This document shows, one piece after another, positions 12,209 to 22,342 of a DNA stretch of 64,000 nt. Position numbers and translations under genes: made by a program. The notes beneath the pieces are model-generated. The model was not told the origin of the DNA. It worked only from the letters and a program-made list of their open reading frames with translations, and did not search any database. Where the stretch lies: NCBI GenBank assembly GCA_035275345.1, contig DATEMY010000358.1:8314-72313 (forward strand). Direction: 5' to 3'. Each line of letters opens with the position of its first letter. Within the stretch, counting starts at the first letter, position 1. The DNA comes from Blastocatellia bacterium (GTDB taxonomy: Bacteria > Acidobacteriota > Blastocatellia > RBC074).

Positions 12209-12760
12209 GTGGCGATAACGCTGGTCTTGTTTGCTGTCGCGTGCCGCCAGGACATGCAGGACCAGCCGAAGTATAAGCCGCTGGCGCCGAGCCGATTCTT
12301 CAGCGACGGGAAATCGGCGCGACAGCTCGTTGAAGGCGTCGTGCCGTTCCAGCCCGGAGGCCAGGCGATTTCGCCGATGACCGACGAGTCGAAGGCCACG
12401 GCGCTACCGTTCCCGCTCACGCCGCAGGCGCTGGATCGCGGCCAGGAGCGGTTCAACATCTACTGCGCGCCGTGTCACGGGCGGTTGGGTTACGGCGACG
12501 GAATGGTCGTGCGGCGCGGATTTCTCGCGCCGCCGTCTTACCACACTGACCGCTTGCGCCGGGAGCCGGTCGGGCATTTTTACGACGTGATGACGAACGG
12601 CTTCGGCGCGATGCCAAGTTACGCCGACAAAGTCGCGCCGCGCGACCGTTGGGCCGTCGCCGCTTACATACGCGCGCTGCAACTGAGCCAGCGCGCGACG
12701 ATCAACGACGCGCCGCCGGAATATCGCGACAAGCTTCAATCGGGAGGGCAAAAGCAGTGA
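12209..12760 (+). CDS. actE: Alternative complex III subunit ActE, monoheme cytochrome c lipoprotein; start uncertain
   Basis: Single CAPCHG heme motif. Lipobox-like LFAVAC followed by RQDMQDQPKYKP. The track ORF begins at 11984, but its first 75 codons are encoded by the octamer repeat array (GDKGTRGQGDK low-complexity peptides). In-frame GTG at 12209 is proposed. Confidence 0.55.
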   Translation: MAITLVLFAVACRQDMQDQPKYKPLAPSRFFSDGKSARQLVEGVVPFQPGGQAISPMTDESKATALPFPLTPQALDRGQERFNIYCAPCHGRLGYGDGMVVRRGFLAPPSYHTDRLRREPVGHFYDVMTNGFGAMPSYADKVAPRDRWAVAAYIRALQLSQRATINDAPPEYRDKLQSGGQKQ

Positions 12761-13962
12761 TTGACGCGCAACAGCTTTACATCGCGCCGACTGCCGCAGG
12801 ACGCATACAACAACGCGCGCTGATCGTCGGCGCCATGGGGCTTATCCTGTGCGTCGTGGGGGCGATCTTTCGTCCCGCCCTGTTCCTGCAATCGTACCTG
12901 TTCGCCTATCTCTTCACACTCGGCCTGGCGCTCGGGAGCATGGCGATTTTGATGTTGCAGTACCTGACGGGCGGCGATTGGGGCGTGGTGGTCCGGCGCG
13001 TCCTCGAAGCGGCGATGCGGACTCTGCCCTGGCTTGCGGCGGGCTTTCTGCCCGTCGCGCTGGGCGTGCGCGAGCTCTACGTGTGGGCGCGCCCAGCGCA
13101 GGCGGCCGCTTTGGGGCTGGATTATCGAACCGAATATTTGAACGTCCCGTTCTTCATCGCCCGCGCCGTCCTCTATTTCGCCGTCTGGCTGGCGATGGCC
13201 CGTCTGCTCGACCGATGGTCGCGGGAGCAAGATCGCGGCGCGGCGCTGGGATGGTTGAAACGACTACGGCGATTGAGCGGACCGGGGCTGGTGATTTATG
13301 CCGTGACGATCACCTTCGCGGCCTACGACTGGCTGATGTCGCTCAACCCGGAATGGTACTCGACGATCTTCGGGCTGCTCATTATCGCCGGACAGGCGCT
13401 CTCTGCTGTGGCGTTCGCGATCCTCGTCGCGGCGCTGCTCTCGACGCGCGAGCCGATGGCGGTGGTTCTCCAGCCGAGACACTTCCACGACCTCGGAAAG
13501 TTGATGCTCGCGTTCGTTATGGTCTGGGCCTATCTGTCCTTCTCTCAGCTTCTGATCGTCTGGTCGGGGAATCTGCCGCAGGAGATCCCGTTCTACCTTC
13601 CGCGAATGCAGAGCAGTTGGCGATGGGTAGGCATCCTCTTGATCGTCTTGCATTTCGCGCTGCCGTTCGCGCTGTTGCTCTCGCGCGATCTGAAGCGGCG
13701 CGCCGGATCGCTGGCGGCGCTCGCGGGCTTGGTGATCGTGATGCGAGTGACGGACCTATTCTGGCTGGTCGCCCCGGAGTTCCGCCGCCAGGGACTGGCG
13801 ATTGACTGGTTTGATCCGGTCACGGTCGTCGGGCTTTGTGGCCTGTGGCTGGCGCTGTTCACCCGGGAATTGAGAACGAGGCCGATGCTGCCGCTGCGCG
13901 ACCCGCATCTGGTCGACGCGCTGAGCGCGGGAGAACAGTATTCGGTTAATCGCCGGGAGTGA
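12757..13962 (+). CDS. actF: Alternative complex III subunit ActF (second NrfD-like membrane subunit)
   Basis: Polytopic membrane protein paralogous in pattern to ActC. GTG at 12757 with GGGAGGG RBS; GTGA overlap with the actE stop. Confidence 0.7.
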   Translation: MIDAQQLYIAPTAAGRIQQRALIVGAMGLILCVVGAIFRPALFLQSYLFAYLFTLGLALGSMAILMLQYLTGGDWGVVVRRVLEAAMRTLPWLAAGFLPVALGVRELYVWARPAQAAALGLDYRTEYLNVPFFIARAVLYFAVWLAMARLLDRWSREQDRGAALGWLKRLRRLSGPGLVIYAVTITFAAYDWLMSLNPEWYSTIFGLLIIAGQALSAVAFAILVAALLSTREPMAVVLQPRHFHDLGKLMLAFVMVWAYLSFSQLLIVWSGNLPQEIPFYLPRMQSSWRWVGILLIVLHFALPFALLLSRDLKRRAGSLAALAGLVIVMRVTDLFWLVAPEFRRQGLAIDWFDPVTVVGLCGLWLALFTRELRTRPMLPLRDPHLVDALSAGEQYSVNRRE

Positions 13963-14007
13963 CCCAATCGCGGGATCCTTCGCCGCATGGCGGCCTGGTG
14001 AATTTAT

Positions 14008-14474
<467 letters not shown>

Positions 14475-14478
<4 letters not shown>

Positions 14479-16280
14479 GACCGCCGACTATAAAAACGAT
14501 CATCTATCTGGCGCTACTCGCCGCCTCGGCCTCGGCCCAGCCTTCGCGTCCCGTCAAGCCGAGCGACATCGGTTTCGATCAACGGCTGGACGAAGCAGTC
14601 CCGCTCGGCCTCACGTTCCGCGACGAGAGCGGAAAGTCGGTTGAACTCGGCGATTACTTCAATGGCAAACCCGTCATCCTCGCGCTCGTCTATTACCAGT
14701 GCCCGATGCTCTGCAACCAGGTGTTGAACGGGTTGGCCGGTGGCTTGAAGGCGCTCCCCTTCGATGCGGGCAGAGAGTTCGAGGTCGTCGTCGTCAGCAT
14801 CAACCCGCGCGAGACTTCGGCTTTGGCCGCCGCGAAGAAGGAGAGCTACGCGCGCGATTACTGGCGCGCGGGCGCGGCTTCGGGCTGGCATTTCCTGACC
14901 GGCGACCCGAAGCCGATTGACTCGTTGTCGAAGGCGGTCGGGTTCCGCTTTGCCTACGACCCGATGCTCAACCAGTACGCGCACGCCTCGGGCGTTATCG
15001 TTCTGACCCCCAAGGGCAGAGTCGCGCGTTACTTTTACGGCGTCGAGTACGCGCCGCGCGACCTGCGATTCGGATTGATCGAGGCGGCCGAGGAGAGGAT
15101 CGGTACGCCGGTGGATCAGGTCCTGCTGCTCTGTTACCAGTACGATCCGAAGACCGGAAAATACAGCGCGGCGGTCATGAAGTCGCTGCGGCTGGGCGGC
15201 GGCGTGACGGTGATCGGTGTTGCCGCACTATTGTTAGCATTGAGCCGCAAGGCGAAGAGAGAAAGGCGAAGCGCCAAGCCCAAGAATTACTGCTTACTCC
15301 CGTTCGGCGCGCTGTTCATTCCGTTCCTGCCCGAAAACGCGTCGAGCTTCGCCGGCGACGTCGACGCGCTCTTTTTCACGCTGGTCGGCCTCTCGGTCTT
15401 TTTCGCCGTGCTGATCGCCGGGCTGGAAATCTATTTCGCGATGAAATACCGCCGCCGCTCACCTGGAGAGATTCCGCCCAAGACCGCCACGTCGTTCGCG
15501 CTCGAAGCGGCCTGGATCGGCATCCCGTTCCTGATCTGCCTGGTGATTTTCGTCTGGGGCGCGAGCCTTTATTACAGGATCTACAGCGCGCCGAAAGAAA
15601 CAATGGAGATTTACGTCACGGCCAAGCAATGGATGTGGCGATTCCAGCACGCCGGCGGCCAGCGTGAGATCAACGAACTGCATGTGCCGCTCGGGAGCCG
15701 CGTCAAGCTGACGATGGCGAGCGAGGACGTCATCCACAGCTTCTTCGTGCCTGCGTTCCGCGTCAAGGCCGACGTGCTGCCAGGCCAGGGACGCTACCGG
15801 GTCGTCTGGTTCGAGCCGACCAAGCCCGGACGATGGCGCCTCTTCTGCGCCGAATATTGCGGGATGAACCATTCGGGGATGATCGGCTGGGTCGAGGTGA
15901 TGCGGCCCCAGGAGTTTCAGGCCTGGCTCGGCGCCGGCGGCGCCGAAGGCTCGATGGCTTCGTCGGGGCAGAAACTGTTTCAGCAACTGCCTTGCGCCAC
16001 GTGCCACAAAACCGACGGGGCGGGGCGCTGTCCAGTGCTCGAAGGGCTGTTTGGCAAACAGGTCCAATTGCAGGACGGGCGAACCGTGACCGTCGACGAG
16101 GACTACGTCCGCGAATCGATCCTCGATCCGAATGCGAAGGTCGCGGCGGGCTACGAGCCGATCATGCCAAACTTCACTGGACTGCTCAGCGAAGAGCAGT
16201 TGGCGCAAATTATCGCTTACATCAAATCGATCGGAGGGCCGCAACAGGGCGCGGCGACCAGGCCGGAAGGACAGAAATAA
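14475..16280 (+). CDS. coxB: Fusion ORF: SCO1/SenC copper chaperone domain + cytochrome c oxidase subunit II (CuA) + C-terminal cytochrome c domain (caa3-type)
   Basis: N-terminal signal peptide, SCO motif CPMLC with downstream His in a thioredoxin-like domain (residues about 40-230). Then TM helices and the CuA site [13 protein letters not shown]...[13 protein letters not shown]. Then CATCHK heme c site. No in-frame stop between domains; internal ATG at 15177 ([14 protein letters not shown]). Confidence 0.7.
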
Positions 16281-17998
16281 TGAGAGCGGAGCCGAGAGAG
16301 GTTGAAACTTACGAAGACTATTTGAACAACGATTACGGTTGGAAGTCGTGGCTGTTCACCACCGACCACAAGCGCATCGGGCTGCTCTATCTGGTCTCGA
16401 TCACGCTCTTCTTCTTCCTGGGCGGCTTTTTCGCGCTGCTCATCCGGCTGGACCTGATGACGCCCCCGGGCGACCTTATTTCGTCCGAAACGTACAACAA
16501 GATGTTCTCGATGCACGGCATCATCATGGTCTTCTTCTTTCTGATCCCCTCGATCCCGACCGTGCTCGGGAATTTTTTCGTGCCGATGATGGTCGGCGGG
16601 CGCGACGTGGCCTTCCCGCGATTGAACCTGTTGAGCTGGTACCTGTTCAACCTCGGCGGGCTGTGCATGCTCTACACCGTGGTCAATGGCGGCGTGGACA
16701 CGGGATGGACGTTCTATCCGCCTTACAGCGCCAGCTTCTCGAACACGAACGTCGCGATGGCCGTTACCGCGATCTTCATTGTCGGGTTTTCGTCGATCCT
16801 GACCGGGTTGAACTTCGTCATCACCATTCATGCGATGCGCGCCGCCGGGATGACCTGGTTCCGATTGCCGCTCTTCATCTGGTCGCTCTACGCGACGAGC
16901 CTGATCCAGGTGCTGGGCACACCCATACTGGCGATCACGCTGGCGCTGGTGGCTGGCGAGCGGCTGCTCCATCTGGGCGTCTTCGACCCGGCTTACGGCG
17001 GCGACCCGATCCTTTTTCAACACCTCTTCTGGTTCTACTCGCACCCGGCGGTCTACATCATGATCCTGCCGGCGATGGGCGTGGTCAGCGAGTTAGTGGC
17101 CACCTTTACGCGCAAAGAGATTTACGGATACAGGTTCGTGGCGGCGGCGAGCGTGGCCATCGCCGTCTTTGGCTTCCTGGTCTGGGGCCACCACATGTTC
17201 ACGAGCGGCCAGTCGATTTACGCCGGGTTGATCTTCTCGCTGCTGAGCTACGCGGTGGCGATCCCTTCGGCGGTCAAGGTCTTCAACTGGACGGCGACGC
17301 TCTACAAATCTTCGGTTTCTCTCCAGACGCCGATGCTCTATGCGTTCGGATTCATCGGGTTGTTCACGATCGGCGGGTTGACCGGGTTGTTCGTGGCGGC
17401 GCTCGGCATAGACATTCACCTGACCGACACCTACTTCGTGATCGCGCACTTCCACTACATTATGGTCGGTGGCGCGGTGATGGGCTATCTGGGCGGGATA
17501 CATTACTGGTGGCCGAAGATTTCGGGCCGGATGTACCCGGAGATCTGGGGCAAGCTGGCGGCGCTGATCGTCTTCGTCGGATTCAACCTGACCTTCTTCC
17601 CGCAATTCGTACTGGGTTATCTGGGAATGCCGCGGCGTTATCACGCCTACCCGGATGAGTTTCAAGTGTTGAACGTGATGTCGTCGGCGGGCGCGTCGAT
17701 ACTGGGAGTCGGCTACATCCTGCCGATGATCTACCTGGCGTGGTCGATGCGCTACGGCGAGAAGGCCAGCGCGAACCCGTGGCCCGCAACGGGTCTGGAA
17801 TGGCATACGCCTTCGCCGCCGCCGCCGGAGAATTTTTTGGCGCCGCCCGTCGTAACGTGGGGCGCATACGACATGTCCGCCCAGCCTGAGTTGGTCGCCA
17901 GATTGAATGATGAGGACCGCATGTACGATGCCGCGCTGCGAACAGGCGCGAGGAAGCGCGAGGAATTGGACGTCGCGCCGCCCGCGGCAGGCGCCTAG
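16280..17998 (+). CDS. coxA: Cytochrome c oxidase subunit I
   Basis: ATG at 16280 overlaps the coxB TAA. 12+ TM helices, heme and CuB His ligands ([21 protein letters not shown] motifs). Confidence 0.85.
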   Translation: MRAEPREVETYEDYLNNDYGWKSWLFTTDHKRIGLLYLVSITLFFFLGGFFALLIRLDLMTPPGDLISSETYNKMFSMHGIIMVFFFLIPSIPTVLGNFFVPMMVGGRDVAFPRLNLLSWYLFNLGGLCMLYTVVNGGVDTGWTFYPPYSASFSNTNVAMAVTAIFIVGFSSILTGLNFVITIHAMRAAGMTWFRLPLFIWSLYATSLIQVLGTPILAITLALVAGERLLHLGVFDPAYGGDPILFQHLFWFYSHPAVYIMILPAMGVVSELVATFTRKEIYGYRFVAAASVAIAVFGFLVWGHHMFTSGQSIYAGLIFSLLSYAVAIPSAVKVFNWTATLYKSSVSLQTPMLYAFGFIGLFTIGGLTGLFVAALGIDIHLTDTYFVIAHFHYIMVGGAVMGYLGGIHYWWPKISGRMYPEIWGKLAALIVFVGFNLTFFPQFVLGYLGMPRRYHAYPDEFQVLNVMSSAGASILGVGYILPMIYLAWSMRYGEKASANPWPATGLEWHTPSPPPPENFLAPPVVTWGAYDMSAQPELVARLNDEDRMYDAALRTGARKREELDVAPPAAGA

Positions 17999-18160
17999 AT
18001 CTGATGTCAATTGCGTGTTCAGGGTCAACCACGGGGAACACGTGGCCAAGAAAATTAAGAATTATTGCTCCCCTTCTTCATCTCCGCGCTCCCCGTGTTC
18101 CCAGTGGTTAGTCAGTCTTTGCCGTACATAGATGCGAAATCTGACATAGGAGGTTGGGTA

Positions 18161-18835
18161 TTGGCTGAAACTTCGGTCGTGGATCGATACACACACGGCG
18201 CGGCGCGCGCGCATCAGTTCGACGACGCCGCGCAGCAGCGCGACGCGGCGACGATGGGGATGTGGGTCTTTCTGGTCACCGAGATCATGTTCTTCGGCGG
18301 CCTGTTCGCGTCCTACGTCGTCTATCGCGCGCTGTATCCGGCGGCGTTCGCGGTGGCCAGCCAGGCGCTGGACATCACGCTCGGCACGCTCAACACGGGG
18401 GTGCTACTGGTGAGCAGCTTCACGATGGTGGTCGCAGTCTTCGGATCGCAGACCGGGCGGCGGCGGCCGCTCGTCGGCGGGTTAGCGCTGACCATCGCGC
18501 TTGGGATCGTCTTTCTCGGCATCAAGTTTTACGAGTATTACCAGAAATACGTCGAGCATCACATCCCCGGACCGTCGTTCGCATTCCCCGCTCCTTACAC
18601 TGAGCCGGCGAAGATGTATTTCACGCTCTACTTCGCAATGACCGGATTACATGCGGCGCACATGATAATCGGCTGCGGGCTGCTGAGCATCCTGATCGTC
18701 ATGGCGTGGCGCGGACGCTTCACGCCGGAATATCACAGCCCGGTGGAGATCTCGGGCCTCTACTGGCACTTCGTGGACATCATCTGGATATTTCTTTACC
18801 CGCTGCTCTACCTGATCGGGCGGCACCTGGAGTGA
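18161..18835 (+). CDS. coxC: Cytochrome c oxidase subunit III
   Basis: TTG at 18161, 8 nt after TAGGAGG. N-terminus HQFDDAAQQRDAATMGMWVFLVTEIMFFGG is typical of CoxC. The track ORF starts upstream at 18065. Confidence 0.75.
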   Translation: MAETSVVDRYTHGAARAHQFDDAAQQRDAATMGMWVFLVTEIMFFGGLFASYVVYRALYPAAFAVASQALDITLGTLNTGVLLVSSFTMVVAVFGSQTGRRRPLVGGLALTIALGIVFLGIKFYEYYQKYVEHHIPGPSFAFPAPYTEPAKMYFTLYFAMTGLHAAHMIIGCGLLSILIVMAWRGRFTPEYHSPVEISGLYWHFVDIIWIFLYPLLYLIGRHLE

Positions 18836-18847
18836 GAGATTGAGGTC

Positions 18848-19132
18848 ATGCCGGAGCATATCGTCCCAATCAAAACCTACACGACCGTCCTGATCGCGCT
18901 GCTGGTATTAACCGCCACGACCTGCGCCGTCTCGTTCATCGATATGGGGAAGATGAACGCCGTGGTGGCGGTGGCGATCGCTTTCGTCAAGGCGTCGCTG
19001 GTCGCCTTGATCTTCATGCACCTGCGCTACAGCCGCCGATTGATGCTGGTCGTTGTGGCGGCCGGGCTGTTCTGGCTGGGCATATTGATTGCGTTGACGA
19101 TGAGTGATTACCTGACGCGCGGGTGGCAATGA
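18848..19132 (+). CDS. coxD: Cytochrome c oxidase subunit IV (small CtaF/CoxD-like 3-TM subunit)
   Basis: 94 aa, three hydrophobic helices, follows coxC by 12 nt. Confidence 0.55.
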   Translation: MPEHIVPIKTYTTVLIALLVLTATTCAVSFIDMGKMNAVVAVAIAFVKASLVALIFMHLRYSRRLMLVVVAAGLFWLGILIALTMSDYLTRGWQ

Positions 19133-19373
19133 ACCCGCGAGTGAATTTTGATTCTTGAAATAACGGTATGCGCAGGTCGCTCGGTGTCAGCCGAGTTTTT
19201 CTGCGCTATTCGCCGAGTTATTTGTTAATTGGGTCCGGTTATGTACCGACAGATTGAGAAGTTCGAATGTAAGATCGCTCGGAGGAAATCGTTGTGGCCT
19301 GTTACAGAAGGAGTTCCCCATACATTCCCGGCGAAAAAACAACAAAAATAATAAGCGGAGAGGAGAGGTGAAC

Positions 19374-20429
19374 ATGGCGACAACAGCATCGACATTGAGC
19401 GAGCGCCCGCCGGACGTCAAAGAGGCGCACATCATCTGGCTCACGGCCGGTCTGGGTTGCGACGGCGATACGATCTCGGTGACCAACGCCGAGCAGCCCA
19501 GCATCGAGGACGTGATTATGGGGGCGATTCCCGGGCTACCGAAAGCGCATCTGCACAACCCGGTGCTGGCCAAGGAAGTCGGCGACGAATTCATGGATTA
19601 CTTCTACCGCGCCGAAAGGGGAGAACTTGACCCTTTCATCTTCGTCGTCGAGGGGTCAATTCCGAACGAGACGATCAAGCGCGAGGGCTATTGGGCGGCG
19701 CAAGGAACCGACCCGGAGACGGGGCAGCCGATCACGACCTGCGAGTGGATAGACCGCCTGGCGCCGAAGGCCTGGGCGGTGGTGGCCGCTGGAACTTGCG
19801 CCACTTATGGCGGCATTCACGCGATGGAAGGCAATCCGACAGGCTGCATGGGCCTGGCCGATTATCTTGGTTGGGACTTTCGTTCAATCGCCGATATCCC
19901 GATCGTCAACGTGCCAGGATGCCCGGTGCAGCCGGACAACTTTATGGAGACCTTGCTTTACCTGCTCTATCAGGCGGCCGGACTGTCGCCGATGATCCCG
20001 CTGGACGACAAGCTGCGCCCGACATGGCTCTTCGGCAAAACGGTGCATGAAGGCTGCGACCGGGCGGGTTATTACGAGCAGAGCGATTTCGCCCATGAGT
20101 ACGGCTCGCCCAAGTGCCTGGTCAAGGTCGGCTGCTGGGGGCCGGTGGTCAACTGCAACGTGACCAAACGCGGCTGGATGCGCGGCGTCGGCGGCTGCCC
20201 CAACGTCGGCGGCATCTGCATCGCCTGCACCATGCCCGGTTTCCCGGATAAATTCATGCCGTTTATGGACGAACCGCCAGGCTCGGCTCTCTCGACGGGC
20301 TTGGTTGGCGTCTACGGGGGAATGATCCGCGCGCTACGTGGCATCACCAACAACACCGTCAACAAGGAACCGAGTTGGCGGCATCCGGGGCCGCGCCTCA
20401 CCACCGGCTATCGGCCGCGAACATATTAA
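19374..20429 (+). CDS. hhyS: [NiFe]-hydrogenase small subunit, group 1h (high-affinity, Tat-less)
   Basis: ATG at 19374 with AGGAGAGG RBS. N-terminus MATTASTLSERPPDVKEAHIIWLTAGLGCDGDT starts directly at the conserved Fe-S domain, with no RRxFxK Tat signal. 351 aa; Cys-rich C-terminal region. Confidence 0.85.
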   Translation: MATTASTLSERPPDVKEAHIIWLTAGLGCDGDTISVTNAEQPSIEDVIMGAIPGLPKAHLHNPVLAKEVGDEFMDYFYRAERGELDPFIFVVEGSIPNETIKREGYWAAQGTDPETGQPITTCEWIDRLAPKAWAVVAAGTCATYGGIHAMEGNPTGCMGLADYLGWDFRSIADIPIVNVPGCPVQPDNFMETLLYLLYQAAGLSPMIPLDDKLRPTWLFGKTVHEGCDRAGYYEQSDFAHEYGSPKCLVKVGCWGPVVNCNVTKRGWMRGVGGCPNVGGICIACTMPGFPDKFMPFMDEPPGSALSTGLVGVYGGMIRALRGITNNTVNKEPSWRHPGPRLTTGYRPRTY

Positions 20430-20434
20430 TCGAC

Positions 20435-20505
20435 GCCGCGGGCGGTAGCGAGAGTGGTTCCCTGAGCCGATCATCGAGGAAGTCACTCTCGCTACCGCCC
20501 GCGGC
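20435..20505 (+). repeat. Perfect 22-bp inverted repeat (GCCGCGGGCGGTAGCGAGAGTG ... CACTCTCGCTACCGCCCGCGGC) with a 27-nt loop in the hhyS-hhyL intergenic region
   Basis: Read directly from the sequence; sits between the hhyS stop (20429) and the hhyL start (20528). Confidence 0.5.
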
Positions 20506-20527
20506 GCCCACCTGGAAAAGAAGGATT

Positions 20528-22324
20528 ATGGCTACTGCGACTAAATCGATGAAATCGGTTCTGCCCAAAACCGAAGGGCTGGTGGAGATGAACTGGGACC
20601 CGATCACCCGCATCGTCGGCAGCCTCGGCGTCTTCACCAAGATTGATTTTAAGAACAGAGAGGTTAAGGAGTGTTACAGCACTTCTTCGATCTTTCGCGG
20701 CTACAGCGTCTTCATGAAGGGCAAAGACCCGCGCGACGCCCATTTCATCACCAGCCGAATTTGCGGCATCTGCGGCGACAACCATGCCACGTGCGCCGTC
20801 TACGCCCAGAACATGGCCTTCGGGGTGAGGCCGCCGAACCTGGGTGAGTGGATCATCAACCTCGGCGAGGCGGCGGAGTATATGTTCGACCACAACCTCT
20901 ATCAGGATAATCTGGTCGGCGTAGATTTCTGTGAACAGATGGTCAGGGAGACCAACCCGGGCGTGTGGGAGAAGGCGCAACGGAAAGAAGCGCCGAACGC
21001 CAAGCTGCACGGTTACCGAACCATCGCCGACATTATGACGGCGCTCAATCCGTTCAGCGGCGAGTTTTATCGCGAGACGCTGCAAATGAGCCGGCTGACG
21101 CGCGAGATGTTCTGTCTGATGGAAGGCCGCCACGTCCATCCTTCGACGCTCTATCCAGGCGGCGTGGGCACGGCGGGCACGTTGCAGGTCTTCACCGATT
21201 ACCTCGTGCGGCTGATGAAGTACGTCGAGTTTATGAAGAAGGTCGTGCCATTGCACGACGATCTCTTCGACTTCTTTTACGAAGCGCTGCCCGGTTACGA
21301 GAAGGTCGGCGAGCGGCGCGTGCTGTTGGGCTGCTGGGGATCGTTCAATGATCCTTACGTCTGCGATTACACCTACCGGAACATGCCCGAGTGGGGGCGC
21401 GCGATGTATGTCACGCCGAGCGTCATTGTTGACAACCAGGTCGTGACCAATGACCTGGTCAAGATCAACCTCGGCATCCGCATCCTGCTCGGAAGCTCCT
21501 ATTACGAGGATTGGGAGAATGGCGAGACCTTCGTCAGCCACGACCCGCTCGGCAATCCCGTGGACAAACGCCATCCCTGGAACCAGACCACGATTCCCAA
21601 CCCGCAGAAGCGGGATTTCGAGGGGAAGTACACGTGGGTGATGTCGCCGCGCTGGTACGACGAACGGACTGGCGATTACCTGGCGCTCGACACCGGCGGC
21701 GGGCCGTTGCCGCGGTTGTGGGCGACGGCGGCCAACGGACTCGTGGACATCGGCTACGTCAAGGCCACTGGTGGCGGCGTCGTCATAAATCTGCCGAAGA
21801 CCGCGACGCTGCCCGAAGTCTCGTTCGAGTGGAAAATTCCGAAATGGTCGAACGCCATTGAACGCAACCGCGCGCGAACCTACTTCCAGGCCTACGCGGC
21901 GGCCTGCGCGCTCTACTTCTGCGAACAGGCGCTGGGCGAGGTGCGGGCGGGCCACAATAAGACCTGGTCCGATTTCAAAGTTCCGGAGGAGGCCATCGGC
22001 TGCGGCTTCCACGAAGCTGTGCGCGGCGTGCTCTCGCACCACGTCGTGATCCGCGATGGCAAGATCGCCAATTATCACCCGTATCCGCCGACCCCGTGGA
22101 ACGCCAGCCCGCGCGACATCTACGGCACGCCGGGGCCGTATGAAGACGCGGTGCAGGGCACGCCGATCTTCGAAGAGAACGGGCCGGACAATTTCAAAGG
22201 GATAGACATCATGCGAACCGTGCGCAGCTTCGATCCGTGCCTGCCTTGCGGCGTGCATATGTACCTGGGCGCAGGCAAGACGCTGGAGACGCGCCATTCG
22301 CCAATGTTCGGGATGATTCAGTAA
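20528..22324 (+). CDS. hhyL: [NiFe]-hydrogenase large subunit, group 1h
   Basis: L1 motif TSRICGICGDNHA and L2 motif SFDPCLPCGVH match the group 1h/5 signatures. A 21-aa C-terminal extension follows His (cleaved by the maturation protease). 598 aa from the ATG at 20528. Confidence 0.9.
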   Translation: MATATKSMKSVLPKTEGLVEMNWDPITRIVGSLGVFTKIDFKNREVKECYSTSSIFRGYSVFMKGKDPRDAHFITSRICGICGDNHATCAVYAQNMAFGVRPPNLGEWIINLGEAAEYMFDHNLYQDNLVGVDFCEQMVRETNPGVWEKAQRKEAPNAKLHGYRTIADIMTALNPFSGEFYRETLQMSRLTREMFCLMEGRHVHPSTLYPGGVGTAGTLQVFTDYLVRLMKYVEFMKKVVPLHDDLFDFFYEALPGYEKVGERRVLLGCWGSFNDPYVCDYTYRNMPEWGRAMYVTPSVIVDNQVVTNDLVKINLGIRILLGSSYYEDWENGETFVSHDPLGNPVDKRHPWNQTTIPNPQKRDFEGKYTWVMSPRWYDERTGDYLALDTGGGPLPRLWATAANGLVDIGYVKATGGGVVINLPKTATLPEVSFEWKIPKWSNAIERNRARTYFQAYAAACALYFCEQALGEVRAGHNKTWSDFKVPEEAIGCGFHEAVRGVLSHHVVIRDGKIANYHPYPPTPWNASPRDIYGTPGPYEDAVQGTPIFEENGPDNFKGIDIMRTVRSFDPCLPCGVHMYLGAGKTLETRHSPMFGMIQ

Positions 22325-22342
22325 GCCTGTTTCGTGTAACCG

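Noticed and set aside
11855-12459. Three ORFs (11855-12169 minus, 11901-12110 plus, 11998-12459 minus) encoding GDKGTRGQ or PLSPCPLV repeats; also considered a CRISPR array
   Set aside because: They are translations of the GGGGACAA/TTGTCCCC octamer array. The repeat unit is only 8 bp with no spacers, so it is not a CRISPR. No cas genes are nearby.
15459-18049. Long alternate-frame and antisense ORFs within coxB/coxA (15459-16244 minus, 16217-17044 minus, 16339-17658 plus, 17093-18049 minus)
   Set aside because: They overlap the unmistakable heme-copper oxidase subunit I and II frames. Their compositions are Arg/Asp/His-rich nonsense typical of high-GC off-frames.
19133-19373. Searched the coxD-hhyS gap for an obvious sigma-70 promoter or Tat-leader-encoding extension of hhyS
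   Set aside because: No convincing -35/-10 pair could be asserted by eye. The upstream in-frame extension (19254-19373) encodes a Lys/Asn/Arg-rich non-signal peptide, so the ATG at 19374 with its RBS is preferred.
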